Positions 12,001-26,021 of a stretch of 43,016 nt of DNA are shown here, in pieces (position 1 is the first letter of the stretch; the number at the start of each line of letters is the position of its first letter). Made by a program: the position numbers and the translations under genes. A model generated the notes under the pieces. The model was not told the origin of the DNA. It saw nothing but the letters and a program-made list of their open reading frames with translations, and ran no database searches. This stretch comes from Utricularia gibba. Its lineage: Eukaryota; Plantae; Magnoliophyta. The stretch spans positions 1-43,016 of the forward strand of contig NEEC01000054.1 of the NCBI GenBank assembly GCA_002189035.1. Direction: 5' to 3'.

Positions 12001-15000
12001 GAGCGCCCGCCTCAATACGAGGAGGTGTTCCTTCGAAAACCATATACGCGTCTCGTCACAACCCAACGTTAATAAATGCATCACTTTTTTTGGCGCGCTA
12101 CTGCTGACTTTGGGCCCGAGTTCGGCACGACCTCCGGCTCGATCAGGGTGCCCCACCGAGAGCTCCTCCTTAAGTATAAAGTGTGTTGTTGAAAAAAACC
12201 GTGTGCGGTTCTCGTGACATCCTAACTTCAACAAATGCATCACGATTTTCGTCGAGTCGGACGGGACCGGGCTCCCGGGGCCCGGACGAGGCGCAGCACC
12301 CGCTCCCCTCCCCCCCAAAACTAGAAGGTGTTCCATGGAAAACCATTTAGGCGGCTCGTGACAACCCAAAGTTAATAATGCATCACTTTCTTTGCCGGGC
12401 TACAATGACTTTACGCTCGAGCCTGGTACGACGTATGGGAAGATTCGAGTGCCCCCCGAGAGCGTCTCCACAAGTATAAAGCGTGTTGTTGAAAAAACCG
12501 TGTTGGGTGCACGTGACATCCTAATTTCAACAAATGCGTCACGATTTTCGCCGATGGGACCAGACTGGGCTCATCAGCCAGACCGAACCCGGGGCCCAAG
12601 CCAAGGGCCCCTCGAGAGCGCCCCCCCACAAAACTAGATGGTGTTCCATGAAAAAAAGTTAGGCGGCTCGTGATAACCCAACGCTAAGAAATGCATCCAT
12701 TTTTTCGCCGGGCTAAAACTGACTTTGGGCTCATGCCGGCGCGACCCCCAGCCCGTGTGCATACGCAGCAGCACCACGAGGCCACATGGGCTTGGTTAAT
12801 GCCGCGTGCTCGAGCAGCAGCCACAAGGCCATACGGCGTGGAACAAAGCAAACAATCATAAAATACAATAAGCCAAAAATAAAAAATAAAATTGATAAAC
12901 CCTTGGTTCGGTTCGGGCCCAATCAAAACCCGTAGGGTTTAACCCGTTCGGGTTGAACAGAAAGACAACCCCATGGGTCATGCAAACTGTAATACCCAGA
13001 ATTTCATCGGGTTGGGTCCGAACCTGAATGGATCCAACGCAGGCCCATCTCTAATCATAATCATATGATATAGGTTTATTAAATTATAAATAATTGAAAT
13101 ACATTATTTATTAAACCGTAGGATAACTATGAAAGCTTCTTTGACTTAATTATTACCATTTGATCCTCAGTTGTACTTTGGATGGAGTGTGTAGTTTTAC
13201 TTTAGTTATTTTAATTAGCATTCGATCCTTGGTTATGATTCAGATCATATTTGCTATTTTTTTACTTTAAATATTTTTATTATCATTCGATCCGTAAGTA
13301 TGATGCGGATCGAGCGCGTATTTTTTATTTTAATATTTTTATTAGCATTCGAACGTTAGGTATGCTGCGGATCGAGCGTATATTTTTCACTTTCATATTT
13401 TTATTAGCCTTAGATCCTTAGGTATACTTTGGATCGAGTGCATATTCATTTATTTTAAATCTTAATTAGCGTTCGACCGTTAGGAGCAATTTAGAACGTG
13501 TATACATTACAATGCCATGCCGCACGGACGGGTCTACGCGTAAACCACGCCCGTGTCCACACGCTGCAGCACCACAAGGCCACACGGGCGTGGTTTACGC
13601 ACAACCCACGCCCGTGTGCATACGCTGCAGCACCCCAAGGCCACACGGGCGTGGTTTACGCACAACCCACGCCCGTGTGCCCTGGCAATGTAAACACGCT
13701 CCACATTGCTCCTAAGGATCGAGCGTTAACACAAGTTTCAAGTAAACCATATCCACTCGATCCGAATCATATCTAAAGACCGAAAGCTAATAAAAATATT
13801 AAAATAAAAAATATACGCTCGATCCGCATCATATCTTAGAATCGAATGCAAATAGAATCGTTCAAATAAAAAATATACACTCGATTGGAATCATAACCAA
13901 GGATCGAATGCTAATTAAATGATTAAAATAAAAATGCACACTCCATCCAAAGTATAACTAAGAGTCGAATGCTAATAAAATTAAAAACTAAGAAACTTTC
14001 ACATGTAGTATATGCTTTAATAACTAACGTATTTAACATTATTTATAATTTAATAAACATATATCACATGATTATAAAAATATTTTTTTTGTCATTGTAG
14101 AAAGCTCATCACGCCATGTACACCACCCTGGAGAGGTTTCAACAGCAGTCATGAACTCACAACCCCTTGCTCAGCAGATTCAGTAAAATTCTCTAACACT
14201 TGCGCTTCCAACGGATCATATCCCATATTCATTCATACGAAATTGTGCAAGAATAATGTGACTTTGAGTTTGAACTAGATAGTAGGACGCTGATCGAAGA
14301 ATGGCCCATCGAGTCTCTAAAATTGCCGTCCTCGCTCAACAAATGTGGGGTGCACGTGACATCCCAATTTCAACAAATGCATCATGATTTTCGTCGAGTG
14401 GGCCCATGAGCCCGACCGAACCCGGGGCCCGGGCCAAGGGCCCCTCGAGAGCGCCCGCCTCAATACGAGGAGGTGTTCCTTCGAAAACCATATACGCGTC
14501 TCGTCACAACCCAACGTTAATAAATGCATCACTTTTTTTGGCGCGCTACTGCTGACTTTGGGCCCGAGTTCGGCACGACCTCCGGCTCGATCAGGGTGCC
14601 CCCCCGAGAGCTCCTCCTTAAGTATAAAGTGTGTTGTTGAAAAAAACCGTGTGCGGTTCTCGTGACATCCTAACTTCAACAAATGCATCACGATTTTCGT
14701 CGAGTCGGACGGGACCGGGCTCCCGGGGCCCGGACGAGGCGCAGCGCCCGCTCCCCTCCCCCCAAAACTAGAAGGTGTTCCATGGAAAACCATTTAGGCG
14801 GCTCGTGACAACCCAAAGTTAATAAATGCATCACTTTCTTTGCCGGGCTACAATGACTTTACGCTCGAGCCTGGTACGACGTATGGGAAGATTCGAGTGC
14901 CCCCCGAGAGCGTCTCCACAAGTATAAAGCGTGTTGTTGAAAAAACCGTGTTGGGTGCACGTGACATCCTAATTTCAACAAATGCGTCACGATTTCGCCG

Positions 15001-18000
15001 AGTGGGACCAGAGTGGGCTCATCAGCCAGACCGAACCCGGGGCCCAAGCCAAGGGCCCCTCGAGAGCGCCCCCCCACAAAACTAGATGGTGTTCCACGAA
15101 AAAAAATTAGGCGGCTCGTGATAACCCAACGCTAAGAAATGCATCCCTTTTTTCGCCGGGCTAAAACTGACTTTGGGCTCATGCCCGGCGCGACCCCAGC
15201 CCGTGTGCATACGCAGCAGCACCACGAGGCCACATGGGCTTGGTTAATGCCCGCGTGCTCGAGCAGCAGCCACAAGGCCATACGGCGTGGAACAAAGCAA
15301 ACAATCATAAAATACAATAAGCCAAAAATAAAAAATAAAATTGATAAACCCTTGGTTCGGTTCGGGCCCAATCAAAACCCGTAGGGTTTAACCCGTTCGG
15401 GTTGAACAGAAAGACAACCCCATGGGTCATGCAAACTGTAATACCCAGAATTTCATCGGGTTGGGTCCGAACCTGAATGGATCCAACGCAGGCCCATCTC
15501 TAATCATAATCATATGATATAGGTTTATTAAATTATAAATAATTGAAATACATTATTTATTAAACCGTAGGATAACTATGAAAGCTTTTTGACTTAATTA
15601 TTACCATTTGATCCTCAGTTGTACTTTGGATGGAGTGTGTATTTTACTTTAGTCATTTTAATTAGCATTCGATCCTTGGTTATGATTCAGATCATATTTG
15701 CTATTTTTTTACTTTAAATATTTTTATTATCATTCGATCCGTAAGTATGATGCGGATCGAGCGCGTATTTTTTATTTTAATATTTTTATTAGCATTCGAA
15801 CGTTAGGTATGCTGCGGATCGAGCGTATATTTTTCACTTCATATTTTTATTAGCCTTAGATCCTTAGGTATACTTTGGATCGAGTGCATATTCATTTATT
15901 TTAAATCTTAATTAGCGTTCCACCGTTAGGAGCAATTTAGAACGTGTATACATTACAATGCCATGCCACACGGGCGTGGTTTACGCACAACCCACACCCG
16001 TGTGCCCTTGCAATGTAAACACGCTCCACATTGCTCCTAAGGATCGAGCGTTAACACAAGTTTCAAGTAAACCATCTCCACTCGATCCGAATCATATCTA
16101 AAGACCGAAAGCTAATAAAATATTAAAATAAAAAATATACGCTCGATCCGCATCATATCTTAGAATCGAATGCAAATAGAATCGTTCAAATAAAAAATAT
16201 ACACTCGATTGGAATCATAACCAAGGATCGAATGCTAATTAAAATGATTAAAATAAAAATGCACACTCCATCCAAAGTATAACTAAGGGTCGAATGCTAA
16301 TAAAATTAAAAACTAAGAAACTTTCACATGTAGTATATGCTTTAATAACTAACGTATTTAACATTATTTATAATTTAATAAACATATATCACATGATTAT
16401 AAAAATATTTTTTTTGTCATTGTAGAAAGCTCATCACGCCATGTACACCACCCTGGAGAGGTTTCAACAGCAGTCATGAACTCACAACCCCTTGCTCAGC
16501 AGATTCAGTAAAATTCTCTAACACTTGCGCTTCCAACGGATCATATCCCATATTCATTCATACGAAATTGTGCAAGAATAATGTGACTTTGAGTTTGAAC
16601 TAGATAGTAGGACGCTGATCGAAGAATGGCCCATCGAGTCTCTAAAATTGGCCGTCCTCGCTCAACAAATGTGGGGTGCACGTGACATCCCAATTTCAAC
16701 AAATGCATCATGATTTTCGTCGAGTGGGCCCATGAGCCCGACCGAACCCGGGGCCCGGGCCAAGGGCCCCTCGAGAGCGCCCGCCTCAATACGAGGAGGT
16801 GTTCCTTCGAAAACCATATACGCGTCTCGTCACAACCCAACGTTAATAAATGCATCACTTTTTTTGGCGCGCTACTGCTGACTTTGGGCCCGAGTTCGGC
16901 ACGACCTCCGGCTCGATCAGGGTGCCCCCGAGAGCTCCTCCTTAAGTATAAAGTGTGTTGTTGAAAAAAACCGTGTGCGGTTCTCGTGACATCCTAACTT
17001 CAACAAATGCATCACGATTTTCGTCGAGTCGGACGGGACCGGGCTCCCGGGGCCCGGACGAGGCGCAGCCCGCTCCCCTCCCCCCAAAACTAGAAGGTGT
17101 TCCATGGAAAACCATTTAGGCGGCTCGTGACAACCCAAAGTTAATAATGCATCACTTTCTTTGCCGGGCTACAATGACTTTACGCTCGAGCCTGGTACGA
17201 CGTATGGGAAGATTCGAGTGCCCCCCGAGAGCGTCTCCACAAGTATAAAGCGTGTTGTTGAAAAAAACCGTGTTGGGTGCACGTGACATCCTAATTTCAA
17301 CAAATGCGTCACGATTTTCGCCGATGGGACCATAGTGGGCTCATCAGCCAGACCGAACCCGGGGCCCAAGCCAAGGGCCCCTCGAGAGCGCCCCCCCACA
17401 AAACTAGATGGTGTTCCATGAAAAAAAATTAGGCGGCTCGTGATAACCCAACGCTAAGAAATGCATCCATTTTTTCGCCGGGCTAAAACTGACTTTGGGC
17501 TCATGCCGGCGCGACCCCCAGCCCGTGTGCATACGCAGCAGCACCACGAGGCCACATGGGCTTGGTTAATGCCCGCGTGCTCGAGCAGCAGCCACAAGGC
17601 CATACGGGCGTGGAACAAAGCAAACAATCATAAAATACAATAAGCCAAAAATAAAAAATAAAATTGATAAACCCTTGGTTCGGTTCGGGCCCAATCAAAA
17701 CCCGTAGGGTTTAACCCGTTCGGGTTGAACAGAAAGACAACCCCATGGGTCATGCAAACTGTAATACCCAGAATTTCATCGGGTTGGGTCCGAACCTGAA
17801 TGGATCCAACGCAGGCCCATCTCTAATCATAATCATATGATATAGGTTTATTAAATTATAAATAATTGAAATACATTATTTATTAAACCGTAGGATAACT
17901 ATGAAAGCTTCTTTGACTTAATTATTACCATTTGATCCTCAGTTGTACTTTGGATGGAGTGTGTAGTTTTACTTTAGTTATTTTAATTAGCATTCGATCC

Positions 18001-21000
18001 TTGGTTATGATTCAGATCATATTTGCTATTTTTTTACTTTAAATATTTTATTATCATTCGATCCGTAAGTATGATGCGGATCGAGCGCGTTTTTTATTTT
18101 AATATTTTATTAGCATTCGAACGTTAGGTATGCTGCGGATCGAGCGTATATTTTTCACTTTCATATTTTTATTAGCCTTAGATCCTTAGGTATACTTTGG
18201 ATCGAGTGCATATTCATTTATTTTAAATCTTAATTAGCGTTCGACCGTTAGGAGCAATTTAGAACGTGTATACATTACAATGCCATGCCGCACGGACGGG
18301 GTCACGCGTAAACCACGCCCGTGTCCACACGCTGCAGCACCACAAGGCCACACGGGCGTGGTTTACGCACAACCCACGCCCGTGTGCATACGCTGCAGCA
18401 CCCCAAGGCCACACGGGCGTGGTTTACGCACAACCCACGCCCGTGTGCCCTGGCAATGTAAACACGCTCCACATTGCTCCTAAGGATCGAGCGTTAACAC
18501 AAGTTTCAAGTAAACCATATCCACTCGATCCGAATCATATCTAAAGACCGAAAGCTAATAAAAATATTAAAATAAAAAATATACGCTCGATCCGCATCAT
18601 ATCTTAGAATCGAATGCAAATAGAATCGTTCAAATAAAAAATATACACTCGATTGGAATCATAACCAAGGATCGAATGCTAATTAAAATGATTAAAATAA
18701 AAATGCACACTCCATCCAAAGTATAACTAAGGTCGAATGCTAATAAAATTAAAAACTAAGAAACTTTCACATGTAGTATATGCTTTAATAACTAACGTAT
18801 TTAACATTATTTATAATTTAATAAACATATATCACATGATTATAAAAAATATTTTTTTTGTCATTGTAGAAAGCTCATCACGCCATGTACACCACCCTGG
18901 AGAGGTTTCAACAGCAGTCATGAACTCACAACCCCTTGCTCAGCAGATTCAGTAAAATTCTCTAACACTTGCGCTTCCAACGGATCATATCCCATATTCA
19001 TTCATACGAAATTGTGCAAGAATAATGTGACTTTGAGTTTGAACTAGATAGTAGGACGCTGATCGAAGAATGGCCCATCGAGTCTCTAAAATTGGCCGTC
19101 CTCGCTCAACAAATGTGGGGTGCACGTGACATCCCAATTTCAACAAATGCATCATGATTTTCGTCGAGTGGGCCCATGAGCCCGACCGAACCCGGGCCCG
19201 GGCCAAGGGCCCCTCGAGAGCGCCCGCCTCAATACGAGGAGGTGTTCCTTCGAAAACCATATACGCGTCTCGTCACAACCCAACGTTGCATCACTTTTTT
19301 TGGCGCGCTACTGCTGACTTTGGGCCCGAGTTCGGCACGACCTCCGGCTCGATCAGGGTGCCCCACCGAGAGCTCCTCCTTAAGTATAAAGTGTGTTGTT
19401 GAAAAAAACCGTGTGCGGTTCTCGTGACATCCTAACTTCAACAAATGCATCACGATTTTCGTCGAGTCGGACGGGACCGGGCTCCCGGGCCCGGACGAGG
19501 CGCAGCACCCGCTCCCCTCCCCCCCAAAACTAGAAGGTGTTCCATGGAAAACCATTTAGGCGGCTCGTGACAACCCAAAGTTAATAAATGCATCACTTTC
19601 TTTGCCGGGCTACAATGACTTTACGCTCGAGCCTGGTACGACGTATGGGAAGATTCGAGTGCCCCCGAGAGCGTCTCCACAAGTATAAAGCGTGTTGTTG
19701 AAAAAACCGTGTTGGGTGCACGTGACATCCTAATTTCAACAAATGCGTCACGATTTTCGCCGATGGGACCATACTGGGCTCATCAGCCAGACCGAACCCG
19801 GGGCCCAAGCCAAGGGCCCCTCGAGAGCGCCCCCCCACAAAACTAGATGGTGTTCCATGAAAAAAAGTTAGGCGGCTCGTGATAACCCAACGCTAAGAAA
19901 TGCATCCATTTTTTCGCCGGGCTAAAACTGACTTTGGGCTCATGCCTGGCGCGACCCCCAGCCCGTGTGCATACGCAGCAGCACCACGAGGCCACATGGG
20001 CTTGGTTAATGCCGCGTGCTCGAGCAGCAGCCACAAGGCCATACGGGCGTGGAACAAAGCAAACAATCATAAAATACAATAAGCCAAAAATAAAAAATAA
20101 AATTGATAAACCCTTGGTTCGGTTCGGGCCCAATCAAAACCCGTAGGGTTTAACCCGTTCGGGTTGAACAGAAAGACAACCCCATGGGTCATGCAAACTG
20201 TAATACCCAGAATTTCATCGGGTTGGGTCCGAACCTGAATGGATCCAACGCAGGCCCATCTCTAATCATAATCATATGATATAGGTTTATTAAATTATAA
20301 ATAATTGAAATACATTATTTATTAAACCGTAGGATAACTATGAAAGCTTCTTTGACTTAATTATTACCATTTGATCCTCAGTTGTACTTTGGATGGAGTG
20401 TGTAGTTTTACTTTAGTTATTTTAATTAGCATTCGATCCTTGGTTATGATTCAGATCATATTTGCTATTTTTTTACTTTAAATATTTTTATTATCATTCG
20501 ATCCGTAAGTATGATGCGGATCGAGCGCGTATTTTTTATTTTAATATTTTTATTAGCATTCGAACGTTAGGTATGCTGCGGATCGAGCGTATATTTTTCA
20601 CTTTCATATTTTTATTAGCCTTAGATCCTTAGGTATACTTTGGATCGAGTGCATATTCATTTATTTTAAATCTTAATTAGCGTTCGACCGTTAGGAGCAA
20701 TTTAGAACGTGTATACATTACAATGCCATGCCGCACGGACGGGGTCTACGTGTAAACCACGCCCGTGTCCACACGCTGCAGCACCACAAGGCCACACGGG
20801 CGTGGTTTACGCACAACCCACGCCCGTGTGCATACGCTGCAGCACCCCAAGGCCACACGGGCGTGGTTTACGCACAACCCACGCCCGTGTGCCCTGGCAA
20901 TGTAAACACGCTCCACATTGCTCCTAAGGATCGAGCGTTAACACAAGTTTCAAGTAAACCATATCCACTCGATCCGAATCATATCTAAAGACCGAAAGCT

Positions 21001-24000
21001 AATAAAAATATTAAAATAAAAAATATACGCTCGATCCGCATCATATCTTAGAATCGAATGCAAATAGAATCGTTCAAATAAAAAATATACACTCGATTGG
21101 AATCATAACCAAGGATCGAATGCTAATTAAAATGATTAAAATAAAAATGCACACTCCATCCAAAGTATAACTAAGAGTCGAATGCTAATAAAATTAAAAA
21201 CTAAGAAACTTTCACATGTAGTATATGCTTTAATAACTAACGTATTTAACATTATTTATAATTTAATAAACATATATCACATGATTATAAAAATATTTTT
21301 TTTGTCATTGTAGAAAGCTCATCACGCCATGTACACCACCCTGGAGAGGTTTCAACAGCAGTCATGAACTCACAACCCCTTGCTCAGCAGATTCAGTAAA
21401 ATTCTCTAACACTTGCGCTTCCAACGGATCATATCCCATATTCATTCATACGAAATTGTGCAAGAATAATGTGACTTTGAGTTTGAACTAGATAGTAGGA
21501 CGCTGATCGAAGAATGGCCCATCGAGTCTCTAAAATTGGCCGTCCTCGCTCAACAAATGTGGGGTGCACGTGACATCCCAATTTCAACAAATGCATCATG
21601 ATTTTCGTCGAGTGGGCCCATGAGCCCGACCGAACCCGGGGCCCGGGCCAAGGGCCCCTCCAGAGCGCCCGCCTCAATACGAGGAGGTGTTCCTTCGAAA
21701 ACCATATACGCGTCTCGTCACAACCCAACGTTAATAAATGCATCACTTTTTTTGGCGCGCTACTGCTGACTTTGGGCCCGAGTTCGGCACGACCTCCGGC
21801 TCGATCAGGGTGCCCCACCGAGAGCTCCTCCTTAAGTATAAAGTGTGTTGTTGAAAAAAACCGTGTGCGGTTCTCGTGACATCCTAACTTCAACAAATGC
21901 ATCACGATTTTCGTCGAGTCGGACGGGACCGGGCTCCCGGGGCCCGTACGAGGCGCAGCACCCGCTCCCCTCCCCCCCAAAACTAGAAGGTGTTCCATGG
22001 AAAACCATTTAGGCGGCTCGTGACAACCCAAAGTTAATAAATGCATCACTTTCTTTGCCGGGCTACAATGACTTTACGCTCGAGCCTGGTACGACGTATG
22101 GGAAGATTCGAGTGCCCCCGAGAGCGTCTCCAATGGTATAAAGCGTGTTGTTGAAAAAACCGTGTTGGGTGCACGTGACATCCTAATTTCAACAAATGCG
22201 TCACGATTTTCGCCGAGTGGGACCAGAGTGGGCTCATCAGCCAGACCGAACCCGGGGCCCAAGCCAAGGGCCCCTCGAGAGCGCCCCCCCACAAAACTAG
22301 ATGGTGTTCCATGAAAAAAAGTTAGGCGGCTCGTGATAACCCAACGCTAAGAAATGCATCCATTTTTTCGCCGGGCTAAAACTGACTTTGGGCTCATGCC
22401 CGGCGCGACCCCCAGCCCGTGTGCATACGCAGCAGCACCACGAGGCCACATGGGCTTGGTTAATGCCCGCGTGCTCGAGCAGCAGCCACAAGGCCATACG
22501 GGCGTGGAACAAAGCAAACAATCATAAAATACAATAGGCCAAAAATAAAAAATAAAATTGATAAACCCTTGGTTCGGTTCGGGCCCAATCAAAACCCGTA
22601 GGGTTTAACCCGTTCGGGTTGAACAGAAAGACAACCCCATGGGTCATGCAAACTGTAATACCCAGAATTTCATCGGGTTGGGTCCGAACCTGAATGGATC
22701 CAACGCAGGCCCATCTCTAATCATAATCATATGATATATGTTTATTAAATTATAAATAATTGAAATACATTATTTATTAAACCGTAGGATAACTATGAAA
22801 GCTTCTTTGACTTAATTATTACCATTTGATCCTCAGTTGTACTTTGGATGGAGTGTGTAGTTTTACTTTAGTCATTTTAATTAGCATTCGATCCTTGGTT
22901 ATGATTCAGATCATATTTGCTATTTTTTTACTTTAAATATTTTTATTATCATTCGATCCGTAAGTATGATGCGGATCGAGCGCGTATTTTTTATTTTCAT
23001 ATTTTTATTAGCATTCGAGCGTTAGGTATGCTGCGGATCGAGCGTATATTTTTCACTTTCATATTTTTATTAGCCTTAGATCCTTAGGTATACTTTGGAT
23101 CCAGTGCATATTCATTTATTTTAAATCTTAATTAGCGTTCGACCGTTAGGAGCAATTTAGAACGTGTATACATTACAATGCCATGCCGCACGGACGTGGT
23201 CTACGCGTAAACCACGCCCGTGTCCACACGCTGCAGCACCACAAGGCCACACGGGCGTGGTTTGCGCACAACCCATGCCCGTGTGCATACGCTGCAGCAC
23301 CCCAAGGCCACACGGGCGTGGTTTACGCACAACCCACGCCCGTGTGCCCTGGCAATGTAAACACGCTCCACATTGCTCCTAAGGATCGAGCGTTAACACA
23401 AGTTTCAAGTAAACCATATCCACTCGATCCGAATCATATCTAAAGACCGAAAGCTAATAAAAATATTAAAATAAAAAAATATACGCTCGATCCGCATCAT
23501 ATCTTAGAATCGAATGCAAATAGAATCGTTCAAATAAAAAATATACACTCGATTGGAATCATAACCAAGGATCGAATGCTAATTAAAATGATTAAAATAA
23601 AAATGCACACTCCATCCAAAGTATAACTAAGGGTCGAATGCTAATAAAATTAAAAACTAAGAAACTTTCACATGTAGTATATGCTTTAATAACTAACGTA
23701 TTTAACATTATTTATAATTTAATAAACATATATCACATGATTATAAAAATATTTTTTTGTCATTGTAGAAAGCTCATCACGCCATGTACACCACCCTGGA
23801 GAGGTTTCAACAGCAGTCATGAACTCACAACCCCTTGCTCAGCAGATTCAATAAAATTCTCTAACACTTGCGCTTCCAACGGATCATATCCCATATTCAT
23901 TCATACGAAATTGTGCAAGAATAATGTGACTTTGAGTTTGAACTAGATAGTAGGACGCTGATCGAAGAATGGCCCATCGAGTCTCTAAAATTGGCCGTCC

Positions 24001-25403
24001 TCGCTCAACAAATGTGGGGTGCACGTGACATCCCAATTTCAGCAAATGCATCATGATTTTCGTCGAGTGGGCCCATGAGCCCGACCGAACCCGGGGCCCG
24101 GGCCAAGGGCCCCTCGAGAGCGCCCGCCTCAATATGAGGAGGTGTTCCTTTGAAAACCATATACGCGTCTCGTCACAACCCAACGTTAATAAATGCATCA
24201 CTTTTTTTGGCGCGCTACTGCTGACTTTGGGCCCGAGTTCGGCACGACCTCCGGCTCGATCAGGGTGCCCCACCGAGAGCTCCTCCTTAAGTATAAAGTG
24301 TGTTGTTGAAAAAAACCGTTTGCGGTTCTCGTGACATCCTAACTTCAACAAATGCATCACGATTTTCGTCGAGTCGGACGGGACCGGGCTCCCGGGGCCC
24401 GGACGAGGCGCAGCGCCCGCTCCCCTCCCCCCAAAACTAGAAGGTGTTCCATGGAAAACCATTTAGGCGGCTCGTGACAACCCAAAGTTAATAAATGCAT
24501 CACTTTCTTTGCCGTGCTACAATGACTTTACGCTCGAGCCTGGTACGACGTATGGGAAGATTCGAGTGCCCCCCGAGAGCGTCTCCACAAGTATAAAGCG
24601 TGTTGTTGAAAAAACCGTGTTGGGTGCACGTGATATCCTAATTTCAACAAATGCGTCACGATTTTCGCCGAGTGGGACCAGACTGGGCTCATCAGCCAGA
24701 CCGAACCCGGGGCCAAGCCAAGGGCCCCTCGAGAGCGCCCCCCACAAAACTAGATGGTGTTCCATGAAAAAAAGTTAGGCGGCTCGTGATAACCCAACGC
24801 TAAGAAATGCATCCATTTTTTCGCCGGGCTAAAACTGACTTTGGGCTCATGCCCGGCGCGACCCCCAGCCCGTGTGCATACGCAGCAGCAGCACGAGGCC
24901 ACATGGGATTGGTTTATGCCCGCGTGCTCGAGCAGCAGCCACAAGGCCATACGGGCGTGGAACAAAGCAAACAATCATAAAATACAATAAGCCAAAAATA
25001 AAAAATAAAATTGATAAACCCTTGGTTCGGTTCGGGCCCAATCAAAACCCGTCGGGTTAACCCATTCGGGTCATGCAAACTGTAATACCCAGAATTTCAT
25101 CGGGTTGGGTCCGAACCTGAATGGATCCAACCCAGGCCCATCTCTAATCATAATCATATGATATAGGTTTATTAAATTATAAATAATTGAAATACATTAT
25201 TTATTAAACCGTAGGATAACTATGAAAGCTTTTTTGACTTAATTATTATCATTTCATCCTCAGTTGTACTTTGGATGGAGTGTGTGTTTTTACTTTAGTC
25301 ATTTTAATTAGCATTCGATCCTTGGTTATGATTTAGATCATATTTACTATTTTTTTTATTTTAATATTGTTTTTAGCATTCGAACGTTAGGTTTAATATT
25401 TTT

Positions 25404-25595
25404 TACCTACATGACCAGTAAGGGGTTAGTCTATTGTAACACAATTCCTATGCGCAATGACAAGGAAAGAAGAAATCCGTGGTTCGTGTAACATTCTGTG
25501 TGGTCCTAAGACCCTCCCTTGATCCTCTATGGTCGATGCCCTTTGATTGAACCAGAATGTTCTCCCTTGATTGGCTTTTCAGCCCTTGTATGCCC
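25404..25595 (-). repeat. Left copy of 192-bp inverted repeat (inverted duplicate of LTR 3' end + flank)
   Basis: Reverse complement of 26761-26952 at 190/192 identity by manual comparison. Both mismatches read T in the left copy where the complement of the right copy has C. Confidence 0.96.
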
Positions 25596-26010
25596 CTTGG
25601 AAGAGGATCACTCGACAAGGGAAGTTTGGCAAATTAGGGCCACGCTACATCGGACCATACGAAGTGACAGCTCGGGTGGGCGAGGTAGCCTACTGACTTG
25701 CACTACCCTCAAACATGGGAGCAATGCACGATGTGTTCCACATCTCGCAACTCAGGAGACATGTCCCTCGCCAGATATAGATGTAAGGGCACATGACGTC
25801 GTGCTCAGAGAGAACCTAACGTACCAGAACAAGCCCTTGAGGGTGCTGAACCGCAAGATTACCATGGTAAATCGAAGACCGACATGGTGGGTGAAGGTAC
25901 AATGGATGGGGTGTGGCGTAGAAGAATCTACGTGGGAGAAAGAAACAGCCATGAAAGCTGAGTACCCAACATTCATGGAAGATGAAGTTTCGGGGACGAA
26001 ACTTCTTTAA
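25596..26010 (+). mobile_element. Ty3/gypsy chromovirus (Tekay/Del-like) pol 3' fragment: integrase GPY/F tail + chromodomain, pseudogenised
   Basis: Reads PWKRITRQGKFGKLGPRYIGPYEVTARVGEVAY*LALPSNMGAMHDVFHISQLRRHV, then frameshifts into ENLTYQNKPLRVLNRK...WVKVQWMGCGVEESTWEKETAMKAEYPTF. One in-frame TGA and one frameshift. The 5' part of the element is absent. Confidence 0.93.
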
Positions 26011-26021
26011 GTGGGGGAGTT
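26009..26021 (+). other. Polypurine tract of the retrotransposon
   Basis: Purine-rich AAGTGG...GAG tract directly before TGTAAC, preceded by TTTCGGGGACGAAACTT, resembling the TTTCGxGGACGAAA motif typical upstream of chromovirus PPTs. Confidence 0.85.

Larger units (their letters stand above)
1..25392 (+). repeat. Subtelomeric macrosatellite array, block F1 (~10.4 tandem monomers of 2.32-2.46 kb)
   Basis: Landmark GTGTATACATTACAATG recurs at 1376, 3825, 6213, 8661, 11048, 13498, ~15943, 18266, 20709, 23164 (spacings 2449, 2388, 2448, 2387, 2450, ~2445, ~2323, 2443, 2455). The ORF track repeats with the same period. The array extends beyond the window start. Confidence 0.98.

Noticed and set aside
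275-25060. Dozens of 60-206 aa ORFs recurring in the satellite (e.g. 4480-5100, 11767-12369, 21429-22049)
   Set aside because: They overlap in several frames on both strands, open and close with homopolymer indels between monomers, and show no recognisable domain apart from the short Harbinger relic. They are by-products of GC-rich repeats.
1-25392. Possible rDNA array (5S, or 45S intergenic spacer with sub-repeats)
   Set aside because: No 5S, 18S, 5.8S or 25S sequence was recognised in the monomer. Sub-repeat architecture alone is not diagnostic.
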